Virus record (IMG/VR): IMGVR_UViG_3300034134_000009
Span: 1 to 62,664 of that record
Direction: 5' to 3' (one strand)
From: a virus
Length of the DNA: 62,664 nt
In this document: positions 18,223 to 26,838 of the stretch, piece after piece
Numbering within the stretch: position 1 is the first letter of the stretch
How the letters are laid out: each line of letters starts with the position of its first letter
The notes under the pieces: model-generated
Database searches by the model: none
The model's input: the letters and a program-made list of their open reading frames with translations, nothing else
What the model was told of the DNA's origin: nothing
Translations under genes and position numbers: made by a program

Positions 18223-18787
18223 GTCGGCGTGACCCTTCCGTGTCATGGATCATCATCAGTCCGTATCCCATAGGCAGCTCGGAGGCCACCAGTTCACGTG
18301 CGTCGTCGTCGCACAGTCCGTGCCAGAACGCGGCCACACCGGGCAGTTCGGGGTGGGCGATGCCGTACACCACGACCAGGCCACCGGGCCGGGCCAGCGG
18401 CGCATACACCGCCCAGTCGGCGCGGGCGTCCAGTTCGGTGCGGGCCGCGGCCAGCACCACCACGTCGGCTTTGTTGCCGGCGAGCTGGTCGGACACCCGC
18501 AGCGCGGTCGCCCGGTCCCGGTGGTCGCCGTCGACGGCGGTCACCGTCGACGGAAGGTCCGCGGTGCGGAACCCGCCACCCGTGGCGCCGGGCCCGGGAA
18601 CACCCACCACCCGGGAACCCAGGGACCACCACGCCCACCACACCGATTCACCCGATCCCACATCCACGACGAGTCGCGGGTGGAGGTCGTCGACGGTTTC
18701 GAGCAGTGCCCACAGTTCGTGCGGGTTCGCGGTCGCGCCGCGCTGGCACGCCTCGAACGCCACGTCTCGGCACAGCTCAGTGGGCAT
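18215..18787 (-). CDS. class I SAM-dependent methyltransferase-like protein
   Basis: 'RLVVDVGSGESVWWAW' (motif I G-x-G), 'ADVVVLAAA', 'RPGGLVVVYG' (Rossmann strand pattern). Confidence 0.6.
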   Translation of the reverse strand: MPTELCRDVAFEACQRGATANPHELWALLETVDDLHPRLVVDVGSGESVWWAWWSLGSRVVGVPGPGATGGGFRTADLPSTVTAVDGDHRDRATALRVSDQLAGNKADVVVLAAARTELDARADWAVYAPLARPGGLVVVYGIAHPELPGVAAFWHGLCDDDARELVASELPMGYGLMMIHDTEGSRRHG

Positions 18788-18790
18788 CAG

Positions 18791-19150
18791 TCAGTCCCCG
18801 AACACGATCACCGCGACGGCCCCGGTTGCTGACGGGGTGGTGCCCGCCAGCGTGAGGACGGTGCGCACGTAGTTCGCGGTCGCCACGACCATCACCTGCG
18901 CCGTGCCGGCCGCCGACAGGGCAACCGCCGTGGAGCCGGCCACTGTCGTCCAGCCGGACGAGCCGTTCGCCGACTGCTCGACCGACAGCGTCGCTGTCGG
19001 GGTGGTGCCGGTCAGCGCGGTCAGGTGCACCCCGGCGAGCACCACAGAGGCGTCACCGGGGTTACCGACCGGGCCGGACGTCACCGTGGCGGTGGCGTTC
19101 GTGAACTGCGAGGCAATGTCACCCCGCGCGTACTGCAAACCTGCCGGCAT
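18791..19150 (-). CDS. hypothetical protein (head-associated position)
   Basis: 119-aa Thr/Ala-rich ORF directly after the major capsid gene. Confidence 0.5.
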   Translation of the reverse strand: MPAGLQYARGDIASQFTNATATVTSGPVGNPGDASVVLAGVHLTALTGTTPTATLSVEQSANGSSGWTTVAGSTAVALSAAGTAQVMVVATANYVRTVLTLAGTTPSATGAVAVIVFGD

Positions 19151-19183
19151 GACCCCTCCTTTCTGAACCTGCTGGTAGCCGGA

Positions 19184-20632
19184 TCAGAAAACGGGGGTGA
19201 TGAGGCCGGTGCCGTCGATGCGCTGCACCGCGTTCGCGAACCGCCGCAGCGTGTACGCGAAGTAGCCGTAGAGAACCAGCTGAACGCCGAGGGTGCCTGC
19301 GGTGGGCTGCTCCGCCCGGATGAACACCGGCGCGTTCGGGTCCTCCCACAGGTGACACTCGTCGGACGACACCACGTAGATCCGGTCCTCGTTCGTGCCG
19401 GTGCCCAGGTTCGTCGCCACGTTGTTGTCGGTGATGACCACCATGCCGTTCGGCAGGACACCCCGCGCGCCGGCACCGTACCGGTTGCCGTTGTTCGACC
19501 CCATCGCGTTACCGGGAATGCCGGGCTGAGCGAACGCCGGCCACGCGGTGGTGAGCTGCGACTGCAGCCAGAACCAGCGCCGGGAGTGCATGACGACGAT
19601 GTCCGCCGACCCGAACCCGAGCAGCGCCGACTCCACACCTGCGGCAGCGCCGAGGATCTTCGGCCACAGCTCCGCCGCCGTCGGCGACGCGTCGGTGTAC
19701 GCGTTCGACACCGAAACGGCGTCGAGGCCCGTGGTGGCCTGCGTGAGGATCGTCTGGTCGAGGGCGGTCGCGTACCGGCGGAACAGGTCGTCCATGACGA
19801 CACCCTCCACGCCGGTGCCACGCTCGATGGCCTGACGGCTGAGGGTCTGCTGGCCGGCGGCGGTCTGGACGTTCTCCGTGAGCAGCGTGTCGTCGATGTC
19901 CTGGTTGACGACGGCCGTGTTCTCCGTGGTCTGCAGTCCGACACTCGTGGTGGTGGTGATGCGGGAGATGTTGACCGTCATGCCGTTCTCGGGCAGGTCG
20001 TGACGGTTCATCGCATCGGCGAACGGGCGCAGCGCCGCGGTCGCCGGGGCGTACATCTCCGTCAGGTACTGGGGGACGACCAGGCCGGCGAACGCGCCGG
20101 TACCCACGGCACGCTCGAGGTAGGCGCCACGCTCGACACGCTCCTCCTGCATGTGCCGCTGAAGGCGCTGCTCCGCTTCGATGTCACGGAACAGGGACTG
20201 GCGGATGATGTCCCGGACGAACGAGCCGCCCTTGCCGGTGTTCTGCCGGTTGTAGGTGCGGGGCTCCTCACCGATGCGGGCCACACCGTCGTACGCGGCC
20301 CGGGAGGTGCTGGCACCGCCGCCGGGCTGCGGCACAGGCCGCGGAGTCGCGCCACGCTCGACAAGAGCGGCGTCGGCTTCGAGTTCGGCGGCCTTGGTGC
20401 GCTGCGCGATCTCCATCTTCCGCTCGATGCCCTGCAGCTTCACCTTGGCGTCGGAGTCAGCGTCCATAGCGCGCTGAACGTCGGCGTCTTCCTGTTCGGT
20501 GAGGTTGGCTCGGCCTTCGGCCTTCGCGGCGGCGAGGATCGCCCGGACCTCGGCGCGGGAACGCTCACCGCGCCGCTTTTCCATGTCTCGCTCAGCCTCG
20601 AGGCTGATGATCAGGTCTTCGATGGTTGCCAT
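19184..20632 (-). CDS. major capsid protein (HK97 fold) with N-terminal coiled-coil delta/scaffold domain
   Basis: 482 aa. N-terminal charged coiled coil ('EAERDMEKRRGERSRAEV...'), then 'GLVVPQYLTEMY', 'MTVNISRITT', 'QTLSRQAIERG', typical of HK97-type capsids. Confidence 0.9.
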   Translation of the reverse strand: MATIEDLIISLEAERDMEKRRGERSRAEVRAILAAAKAEGRANLTEQEDADVQRAMDADSDAKVKLQGIERKMEIAQRTKAAELEADAALVERGATPRPVPQPGGGASTSRAAYDGVARIGEEPRTYNRQNTGKGGSFVRDIIRQSLFRDIEAEQRLQRHMQEERVERGAYLERAVGTGAFAGLVVPQYLTEMYAPATAALRPFADAMNRHDLPENGMTVNISRITTTTSVGLQTTENTAVVNQDIDDTLLTENVQTAAGQQTLSRQAIERGTGVEGVVMDDLFRRYATALDQTILTQATTGLDAVSVSNAYTDASPTAAELWPKILGAAAGVESALLGFGSADIVVMHSRRWFWLQSQLTTAWPAFAQPGIPGNAMGSNNGNRYGAGARGVLPNGMVVITDNNVATNLGTGTNEDRIYVVSSDECHLWEDPNAPVFIRAEQPTAGTLGVQLVLYGYFAYTLRRFANAVQRIDGTGLITPVF

Positions 20633-20684
20633 TACGGCTTGTCCTTACGGTCGCAGGGTGTGAGCCTGCCCCGCAGAACGGCAC

Positions 20685-20803
20685 CGGGTCTGATGGCGCG
20701 GCTGCGTCCTTTTCGCCGCCGGGTCTGACTGGCCGGTGTGGCGCGCGTGGCGTGTCTCGTGTCTGGCGCGGCCGGTCTGATTGCCGGTTTGGTCCGGTCT
20801 GAA
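20685..20803. repeat. four direct copies of C(C/G)GGTCTGA upstream of the capsid gene
   Basis: ggtctga at 20687, 20722, 20774 and 20796, each preceded by ccg/cgg, within the 245-bp gap between the capsid start and P2. Confidence 0.6.
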
Positions 20804-20877
20804 CGCCGGGCCGCTGTCGCACGTGTGGTCAGCTTACGGCCGATCACGGCACGTTGGGTAGAAACACTCTGATGCAA

Positions 20878-20914
20878 CCCTTGACAGTTAACCGCTTCCG
20901 GTTAGTATTGGGGT
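20878..20914 (+). promoter_or_regulatory. operator-promoter copy P2 (leaderless)
   Basis: cccTTGACAgttaaccgcttccggtTAGTATtggggtATG. The ATG of 20915 starts 6 nt after the -10. Confidence 0.7.
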
Positions 20915-21175
20915 ATGGACATGACCCCGCAGGCAACCCCGATGTACGCCGCCGGCGTCACCGGCAACCGCACCGGAAACGTGTACACCGTCATCGGATG
21001 GGTCCCCTACCACGACAACGCCCCCGACATCGGCCTCGCGCCCGTCATCGTCCCCATCGACGGCGGAGCGCTCGCCCAGAAATACCTCCCCGACAACGGC
21101 ATCGCCCGACTGTTCCCCAGCGTCGAAGAGGCCCGCGCCGTCGCGAGCGCCGCGAAGCCCCGCCAGAACGCCTGA
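20915..21175 (+). CDS. hypothetical protein (leaderless first gene of the antisense cassette)
   Basis: 86-aa ORF starting at the predicted transcription start. Confidence 0.55.
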   Translation: MDMTPQATPMYAAGVTGNRTGNVYTVIGWVPYHDNAPDIGLAPVIVPIDGGALAQKYLPDNGIARLFPSVEEARAVASAAKPRQNA

Positions 21176-21176
21176 C

Positions 21177-21791
21177 ATGAGCAGCGACCCCCAATTCGAA
21201 GTCCGACCTGTCGACTACGCCACGGTCAAGAAGGTGCTCGCAGAGGCCCACTACATCGGCAAGCCCGGATCCACGTCCGTCCGTCTCGGCCTCTACCTCG
21301 CTGGCGAACTGGCCGGCGTCATCACTTACGGGACCATCCCCCTGCCTAACGCCCGCGCGATCTGCGGGCCGGAGCACGAGCGGCAAGTCCTGGAGCTAAC
21401 CCGACTTGCCCTTTACGACTGGGCACCCCGCAACAGTGAATCTCGGCTCATCGCCGCGTCTTACCAACATGTTCTTGTCGCTCGACCCCAAACCCGGATC
21501 CTGATCTCCTACGCGGACGGGAGACAGGGTCATGTCGGCACCATCTACCAGGCATCCAACTGGCTTTACACCGGCGCAAGCACGGGGGACGTGGTGTACT
21601 GCTGCGACGACGGGCGCACATTACACCCTCGCACTGTCGGGTGGAAAGATCTTCCGCCGGGCCGATGGGTGCCGGCGGGAAACAAGTACCGCTATGTAAC
21701 TTTCATCGGCACACCCACAGACCGGCGGGTGCTCCGGAAGCGCCTACGCTGGCCGGTCCTTCCTGCCCCAAAGTTGTCCGAAGTCAAGTAG
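21177..21791 (+). CDS. GNAT-fold, Mom-like putative DNA-modification acyltransferase
   Basis: 'AHYIGKPGS', 'GLYLAGELAGVITYG', 'LELTRLAL', 'NSESRLI', 'ILISYADGRQGHVGTIYQASNWLYTG'. Family assignment is from memory, not searched. Confidence 0.55.
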   Translation: MSSDPQFEVRPVDYATVKKVLAEAHYIGKPGSTSVRLGLYLAGELAGVITYGTIPLPNARAICGPEHERQVLELTRLALYDWAPRNSESRLIAASYQHVLVARPQTRILISYADGRQGHVGTIYQASNWLYTGASTGDVVYCCDDGRTLHPRTVGWKDLPPGRWVPAGNKYRYVTFIGTPTDRRVLRKRLRWPVLPAPKLSEVK

Positions 21792-21825
21792 CCACCCGGA
21801 GCGTTTATCTAAACCGCAGCCCAGC

Positions 21826-21860
21826 AAAAATGCCCCACCCGGATCGGGTGGGGCATTTTC
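21826..21860. terminator. bidirectional intrinsic terminator
   Basis: caaaaa-atgccccaccc-ggatc-gggtggggcat-tttc: 11-bp stem with an A-run on one side and a T-run on the other. Confidence 0.7.
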
Positions 21861-21904
21861 GTCGCCCGCAGAGGCCACAACAGCGCTGGACACGCACCAA
21901 CAGC

Positions 21905-22921
21905 CTAGTCGAACCGGATGCCCTCCGCACGTGCCAACGCCTCCACCAACGCCAACGAACGACCACGCGGCACCGACCTCACCCCATCCGCCGGCACATC
22001 CACCACCCGCTCCGACGCCTCATCATCGACCACCACCGGTGCCGGCGTCGGATCCACCGTCGACGCGGCCTCCACGCCCGACTCGTCATGCTCGAACACG
22101 TCATCGTCGGCCAGATCCTCAGCGTCCGGGTCCGGCTCCGACGAACGGACCCGGGGCACGCCCGGCACCACGATCCGTTCCCGCTCGAGCAAGTCGATGC
22201 GCTGCCCTAGCCGGCGGTGAGCCTCCGCCAGCGCGCCCGGCGGCAAATGCTCAAGGTCGTTCAATACCTCACCGGCCCGGGCGGCGATGTCGGTGTACGG
22301 GTTCGCGCCGTAGTTCACCGCCGACACGTCCCCGCGGTGAATGTCGTAGGCGCGGATCTCGAACGTGCTGAAGTCTTCCGACCACCAGCCCCCATCGTCG
22401 GGGATGGTGAACGCGAACGACATCTGGTCAATGTTGCCGTCGTCGATTGCGACGATCAGGTCCCGGACGTCTTGGCGGGCCGGGTTCAGCCACGCCTCAT
22501 GCCAGGCCCCCTCGTCGCGTTCCTCGAGGACGAGGGAGCCGTTCGTGGTGCGGGCCATGGTCACACCCTTGTGGTTCACCAGGAACGCCACGTCCGGGTT
22601 GGCTGCCAGCGACTTCGCCCCGGCGCCCTGCGTCACGACCTCGTCGTACTCGCCGAACATGTCCCACATCGGGTAGGGGGTGTCGTACCGGGTGAACAGG
22701 CCGTACGTGTGGTACATCTCCCTGCCGCGCCACTGCGTGAGTTCCGACCGGATCAGTGTCTTCCCCGGCACCATCCGGGACCGGCCCACACCCTGCACCA
22801 GATTCCGGGGCACTACACCACCTGCACGGAACCGGGTCTGATACTCCACCTGGCGCCGTTCAGCCGCGGCGCGGCGCTCGGCGGCACCCTTCCGGGTCGT
22901 TGTCATCGCCTCTCCCCTCAC
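21905..22921 (-). CDS. prohead (capsid maturation) protease, HK97/S78 type
   Basis: 'AFLVNHKG', 'QMSFAF', 'HRGDVSAVNYGANP'. Acidic C-terminal extension. An alternative ATG at 22906 has a ggggagagg RBS. Confidence 0.8.
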   Translation of the reverse strand: MRGEAMTTTRKGAAERRAAAERRQVEYQTRFRAGGVVPRNLVQGVGRSRMVPGKTLIRSELTQWRGREMYHTYGLFTRYDTPYPMWDMFGEYDEVVTQGAGAKSLAANPDVAFLVNHKGVTMARTTNGSLVLEERDEGAWHEAWLNPARQDVRDLIVAIDDGNIDQMSFAFTIPDDGGWWSEDFSTFEIRAYDIHRGDVSAVNYGANPYTDIAARAGEVLNDLEHLPPGALAEAHRRLGQRIDLLERERIVVPGVPRVRSSEPDPDAEDLADDDVFEHDESGVEAASTVDPTPAPVVVDDEASERVVDVPADGVRSVPRGRSLALVEALARAEGIRFD

Positions 22922-24168
22922 GCTGCGGCCCCGGCCGGTGCCGGCGCGCCCTCATCCGTAGCGGCCGTCTGACCGCCACCCGTCCCGCCGATCTTCGGCG
23001 ACCCGTACAGATCACGCATCTCCGCCAACTGCTCCGCCGACAACGGCGCCCGGTTCTCCAACTCCCGGGCCTCCGTGTTCGTCAAGAACCACGACTCGAC
23101 ACGCGACCGCAACACGTCCTGCCTCGTCGCGTCATCCATGCGCAACAACGCCGACGTGTTCAGCTTCACGTACCGGGGCCGGGGCAGCAGCTTCGACAGG
23201 GTGTTCTCCCGCCGGATCACCGTCGGGCCCAAATGGTGGATCAGGTAGTCGAGGTTCCGCTGCGTGATGTTCGCGTACGTGATGCTCGCGCCGCCGCCCG
23301 GGTTCGCATCGACCATGTCCGCCGGGGTGTCCAGGAACCGGCAGATGTCCACGGCGGACAGCCTCCGGCCTTCGATGAACTCGATGCCGGCGGTCTGCGC
23401 CTGGATCATTTCGTATTCCCAGTCGTTACCCATGACGAGCAGGTCGCCGTTGGTGACGACGTCGGCGTACCACTGTTTCGCCTGCGCGATCCCGGCGGTC
23501 TCGAGTTTCTTCGCCGTGTTGCGCATCTTGCCCTTCGGCACGCCGCCACCGCCGAACCAGTCAAGGCCGAACTGCTGCATGCTCAACGACTCACCGATCG
23601 ACAGGGCGGCGTAGTTGAGCGTCGACAGACCCACCGGCAGGCCAGGAACCACGTTGCCGCGCTCATGCCACACATCGTCAAGGTGGTACAGGGTCCCGCC
23701 GATCCGCCACCGGTCCGGCTCCCCCGGCTTACGCACGTACGCGCACGCCGACGCGGGCTGCAACTCGATACGGTGCGGCAGACCGTCCGGATAGAGCGGT
23801 GTGCGGACCGTGTTGCGTTCCACGATCAACCCGACGGCGTTACCGGCCCGGTCCAAGTCGATCTGCGTCGCCGCCATGAAATCGATCATGTCCATGCGGA
23901 CGCCGCCCGGATCGGTGAGAATCGGAGGCTTCGACGGATACTCAGTCTGGGTGCCCAACACATCCCGGTACACGTCCACCGGGAACGTCGAAATCAGACC
24001 GGCGCGCAACCGCAGGCACGCCCACACCACCGAATGGCGCATCGCCCGGTCATCGGTGACCAGCTGCGAACCCACCTGCCGGCTGCCACCGGCCCGGCCC
24101 GGGATCAGATCCTCGGCACCGGTGATGCCGACGAAGTCGCGTGCCTCGTTGCGGGTGAACAGGCCCAT
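22918..24168 (-). CDS. portal protein
   Basis: 416 aa between the terminase and protease genes. 'VVWACLRLRAGLISTFP' N-terminal pattern typical of HK97-type portals. Confidence 0.8.
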   Translation of the reverse strand: MGLFTRNEARDFVGITGAEDLIPGRAGGSRQVGSQLVTDDRAMRHSVVWACLRLRAGLISTFPVDVYRDVLGTQTEYPSKPPILTDPGGVRMDMIDFMAATQIDLDRAGNAVGLIVERNTVRTPLYPDGLPHRIELQPASACAYVRKPGEPDRWRIGGTLYHLDDVWHERGNVVPGLPVGLSTLNYAALSIGESLSMQQFGLDWFGGGGVPKGKMRNTAKKLETAGIAQAKQWYADVVTNGDLLVMGNDWEYEMIQAQTAGIEFIEGRRLSAVDICRFLDTPADMVDANPGGGASITYANITQRNLDYLIHHLGPTVIRRENTLSKLLPRPRYVKLNTSALLRMDDATRQDVLRSRVESWFLTNTEARELENRAPLSAEQLAEMRDLYGSPKIGGTGGGQTAATDEGAPAPAGAAA

Positions 24169-24172
24169 GCGG

Positions 24173-24466
24173 TCAGCCCCTCACGTGCACAGTGCCCGGG
24201 TCCGACGGACCGGGCGGTGCAACTCGTTGCGGCTTCGCGACGGGCCGCCGGCGGGGACGCTGCCGGGCCTGCGCCAGACCGGAAAACAGGATCAGCACGG
24301 TTGCAGCGAACCCGAACCCGGCAACCGGGCCGGCCACATCCTGGCCGAGGAACCACACGGCGACCGCGAACAGGACAACACCTGCCGTGTCCAGCGCCGT
24401 GGTCGCCAACTCGTTGACGCGGCTCACCACCGGATCCGTGCGAGTCACCGCCGGCTGTTCATCCAC
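24173..24466 (-). CDS. small 2-TM membrane protein
   Basis: GTG at residue 21 of track ORF 24173..24526, just past the terminase stop. 'VVLFAVAVWFLG' and 'GFGFAATVLILFSGL'. Confidence 0.4.
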   Translation of the reverse strand: MDEQPAVTRTDPVVSRVNELATTALDTAGVVLFAVAVWFLGQDVAGPVAGFGFAATVLILFSGLAQARQRPRRRPVAKPQRVAPPGPSDPGTVHVRG

Positions 24467-24470
24467 CCTG

Positions 24471-26072
24471 TCACCCCAAACTGTCGCCGACGTCATACGA
24501 CCCGCCCAGCCATTCAACAGCCTCACCCGCAGCCCGGGCCAGCGTCACGCTATACAACGGCGACGCATCCCCCGCCTCACCCGAGCGCTGGAACCGCCAC
24601 TGATCCCCGAACCGGTACTGCACCGCATCCGCCACCGACTGATCCAACTGCCGCTGACCGATGTGCCTGATCCGCCGGCCAGTGTCCCCGTCATGGTCCC
24701 CTACCTGACCGGTTTCCGTGAAGAACTGCCCACACGCCCGCGCCACCTCCGGACCCTGCATGACCACCAATTCGGTGTCCAAGTTCCGTTTGTCGTCCCG
24801 CAGACCGCGCCGCAACGCCTCAATGATCGGCGCCGCCGGGCCGTGCGCCGCGACCCCAACCGCACACGGGCAGTACTTCGCGATCAAATCGAGCAGGTAG
24901 CTGACCGTCCAATCCAGGCCCGGCAGGCTTTCCACCAGCTCAACGTACGTGTCCCCGGTCGGGGTGCGGGCCGCCATGCCGATCGACGCCGTCACCTGCC
25001 CCGGCTGGGCATCCACCGCGAACGCCACCGGATCCCCGTACGGAATCCCGTCAAGCCGCGGCAGCTGCAAGGCCCGCCACGTCTGCTCCGAAATGACCGC
25101 CCACCGGGCCGCGTCCGCCGACGGCTCCCAGCCCAAATACTCGGCCTCAAAATCGGACAGGTTCCCCGCCCCGACCATCGCCTCATAATCCGACTGCACA
25201 CTCGACAACGGCACGTGATGACCCAGCGCGGGCATGCACGAAAACCAGGTCGCCGGATCCCCCGGATCCGAACCCTTCGGCGCCGACCACTCGAAATAGG
25301 CGACCCGGTCACGAATGTCGGCCTCAACGCGCTGTCGGCCGTTCTGCCGCTTCGCCCACATGTACGGCCACGACCCCGGCAAAGCGCGGGAGATGCCCGG
25401 CACCATCGACAGGGCCCACAGCTGACGCCACGGACGGGTCAACATGGCCGGCCGCAAGCCCAGTTCGGTGCGGTTGTCTTCCCGCGACCACATCTCGTCG
25501 ATGACCGGCATGTCCAGGGTGTCACCGGTACCGGCCGTCTTCCCGGTCGTTGACCCGGGTGACCACGTCGACCCGTTCGGGAAGCTGATCTGTTCCGCGT
25601 TCAGCCGGAGCCGGGTCCGGACCTGCGACTTCAACGGCGACTGCTCGAGACGTTTCACGTGCACGTCCCGCCACTTCTCCCGGGCGTTGTCTGCGGTCTG
25701 CGCCGTGTACAGCACTCGCTGGGGGCCCGGCAGGGGCACGTCGTGGCCCAATTCGCGGCGCACCCAGCGCACGAGAGCCTCATCGAAGCCGACGCACCGG
25801 TACGTCATGGCAGGCAGCATCAGTTCGGTCTTTCCGGTGACCTGGCGCGGCCCGACCACGGTCACTTCGTCGTAGGCCAGCATGCCCGTATCGGGGTTGA
25901 TCTCGAACGCCACGTCGTAGATCAGCCGCTGATGCGGCAACGGCGGCTTCCCCAGCGCCTCCGCGAGGCGCGACACCTGCGGGCCCAGGGTGGGCCGCTC
26001 CGGTGACCGGCGGGTGCCGAACATCGGCGGGCACGTCAAATCAGCCAGCGACCTCGTCATCGGCGCATCCAC
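24471..26072 (-). CDS. terminase large subunit
   Basis: 533 aa. Walker A-like 'VVGPRQVTGKT'. Followed by the portal gene. Confidence 0.85.
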   Translation of the reverse strand: MDAPMTRSLADLTCPPMFGTRRSPERPTLGPQVSRLAEALGKPPLPHQRLIYDVAFEINPDTGMLAYDEVTVVGPRQVTGKTELMLPAMTYRCVGFDEALVRWVRRELGHDVPLPGPQRVLYTAQTADNAREKWRDVHVKRLEQSPLKSQVRTRLRLNAEQISFPNGSTWSPGSTTGKTAGTGDTLDMPVIDEMWSREDNRTELGLRPAMLTRPWRQLWALSMVPGISRALPGSWPYMWAKRQNGRQRVEADIRDRVAYFEWSAPKGSDPGDPATWFSCMPALGHHVPLSSVQSDYEAMVGAGNLSDFEAEYLGWEPSADAARWAVISEQTWRALQLPRLDGIPYGDPVAFAVDAQPGQVTASIGMAARTPTGDTYVELVESLPGLDWTVSYLLDLIAKYCPCAVGVAAHGPAAPIIEALRRGLRDDKRNLDTELVVMQGPEVARACGQFFTETGQVGDHDGDTGRRIRHIGQRQLDQSVADAVQYRFGDQWRFQRSGEAGDASPLYSVTLARAAGEAVEWLGGSYDVGDSLG

Positions 26073-26223
26073 CCCGCATACCAGGCAACGTTCCCGACCC
26101 GCACATACAACCCCGACGGGCGGCCACCAGCAGACCGCACCGGCAGGACACTGCCCGGCCAGCGGGCCGTCCGGCCCTTCCTGGTGTCAGGCGTGGACCG
26201 GATCCGGCCGAAAATCAGCTGCC

Positions 26224-26838
26224 TCACGGCGCTGTCACCGGCTGACTGATCGCCTCCGTGAACGCCCCGAAATCCGACGCCGCATCACCATCCGCCGTCC
26301 GGCGCGTCAACGACTGCATCGCCTTCGTTAACTCACCCGCTAGCTTCGCCGTCACCGCCGGCCCCTCATCATCGCCGCGCTTGTCGATGACCCGGGCCAG
26401 CCACAGACACGTCGCCACATACGTGTGACCGCCCGGCACCCCCGACACGTCACCGATGCGGTCAAGGTCCGCCTGAACGGCCTTCAACATGGGGCCGCCT
26501 TCTTGCACAGGATTTGCGGAACGTGCAAACGGCGGGGCCCACGCACGCCCCGAGTGGACCTGGCCGCCTTTACACATCTCACCCGGCGGCCGGTCACAGA
26601 TCGGACACTGCTCATACCCGCCGAGGTCCACGTTCAGCTCCGTCGGGAACACCTTGACTTTCCCCCCGATCCGAGGGCGCCCCTCGTGCAACTTGCCGCC
26701 CTTGCACACCCAGCGCGGCGGTTTCGCGCACACCGGGCACTCGTCGTAATCGGCCCAGATGACGTCCGGGTCGTGGTACGTCTCCCCCGCCAACGAGTCC
26801 GCCACCCGTGACCGCTGGGGGCCGTAGTCGCGCATCAC
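26224..26838 (-). CDS. putative terminase small subunit with duplicated zinc-ribbon motif
   Basis: Position upstream of the large terminase. 'CPVCAKPPRWVCKGGKLHEGR' and 'CPICDRPPGEMCKGGQVHSGR' repeats. Helical C-terminus 'VATCLWLARVID...AKLAGELTKAM'. Confidence 0.4.
   Translation of the reverse strand: MMRDYGPQRSRVADSLAGETYHDPDVIWADYDECPVCAKPPRWVCKGGKLHEGRPRIGGKVKVFPTELNVDLGGYEQCPICDRPPGEMCKGGQVHSGRAWAPPFARSANPVQEGGPMLKAVQADLDRIGDVSGVPGGHTYVATCLWLARVIDKRGDDEGPAVTAKLAGELTKAMQSLTRRTADGDAASDFGAFTEAISQPVTAP

Noticed and set aside
20592-20877. 76- and 81-aa minus-strand ORFs upstream of the capsid gene.
   Set aside because: These are Arg/Pro-rich translations of the CCGGTCTGA repeat region. More likely non-coding leader or promoter DNA.
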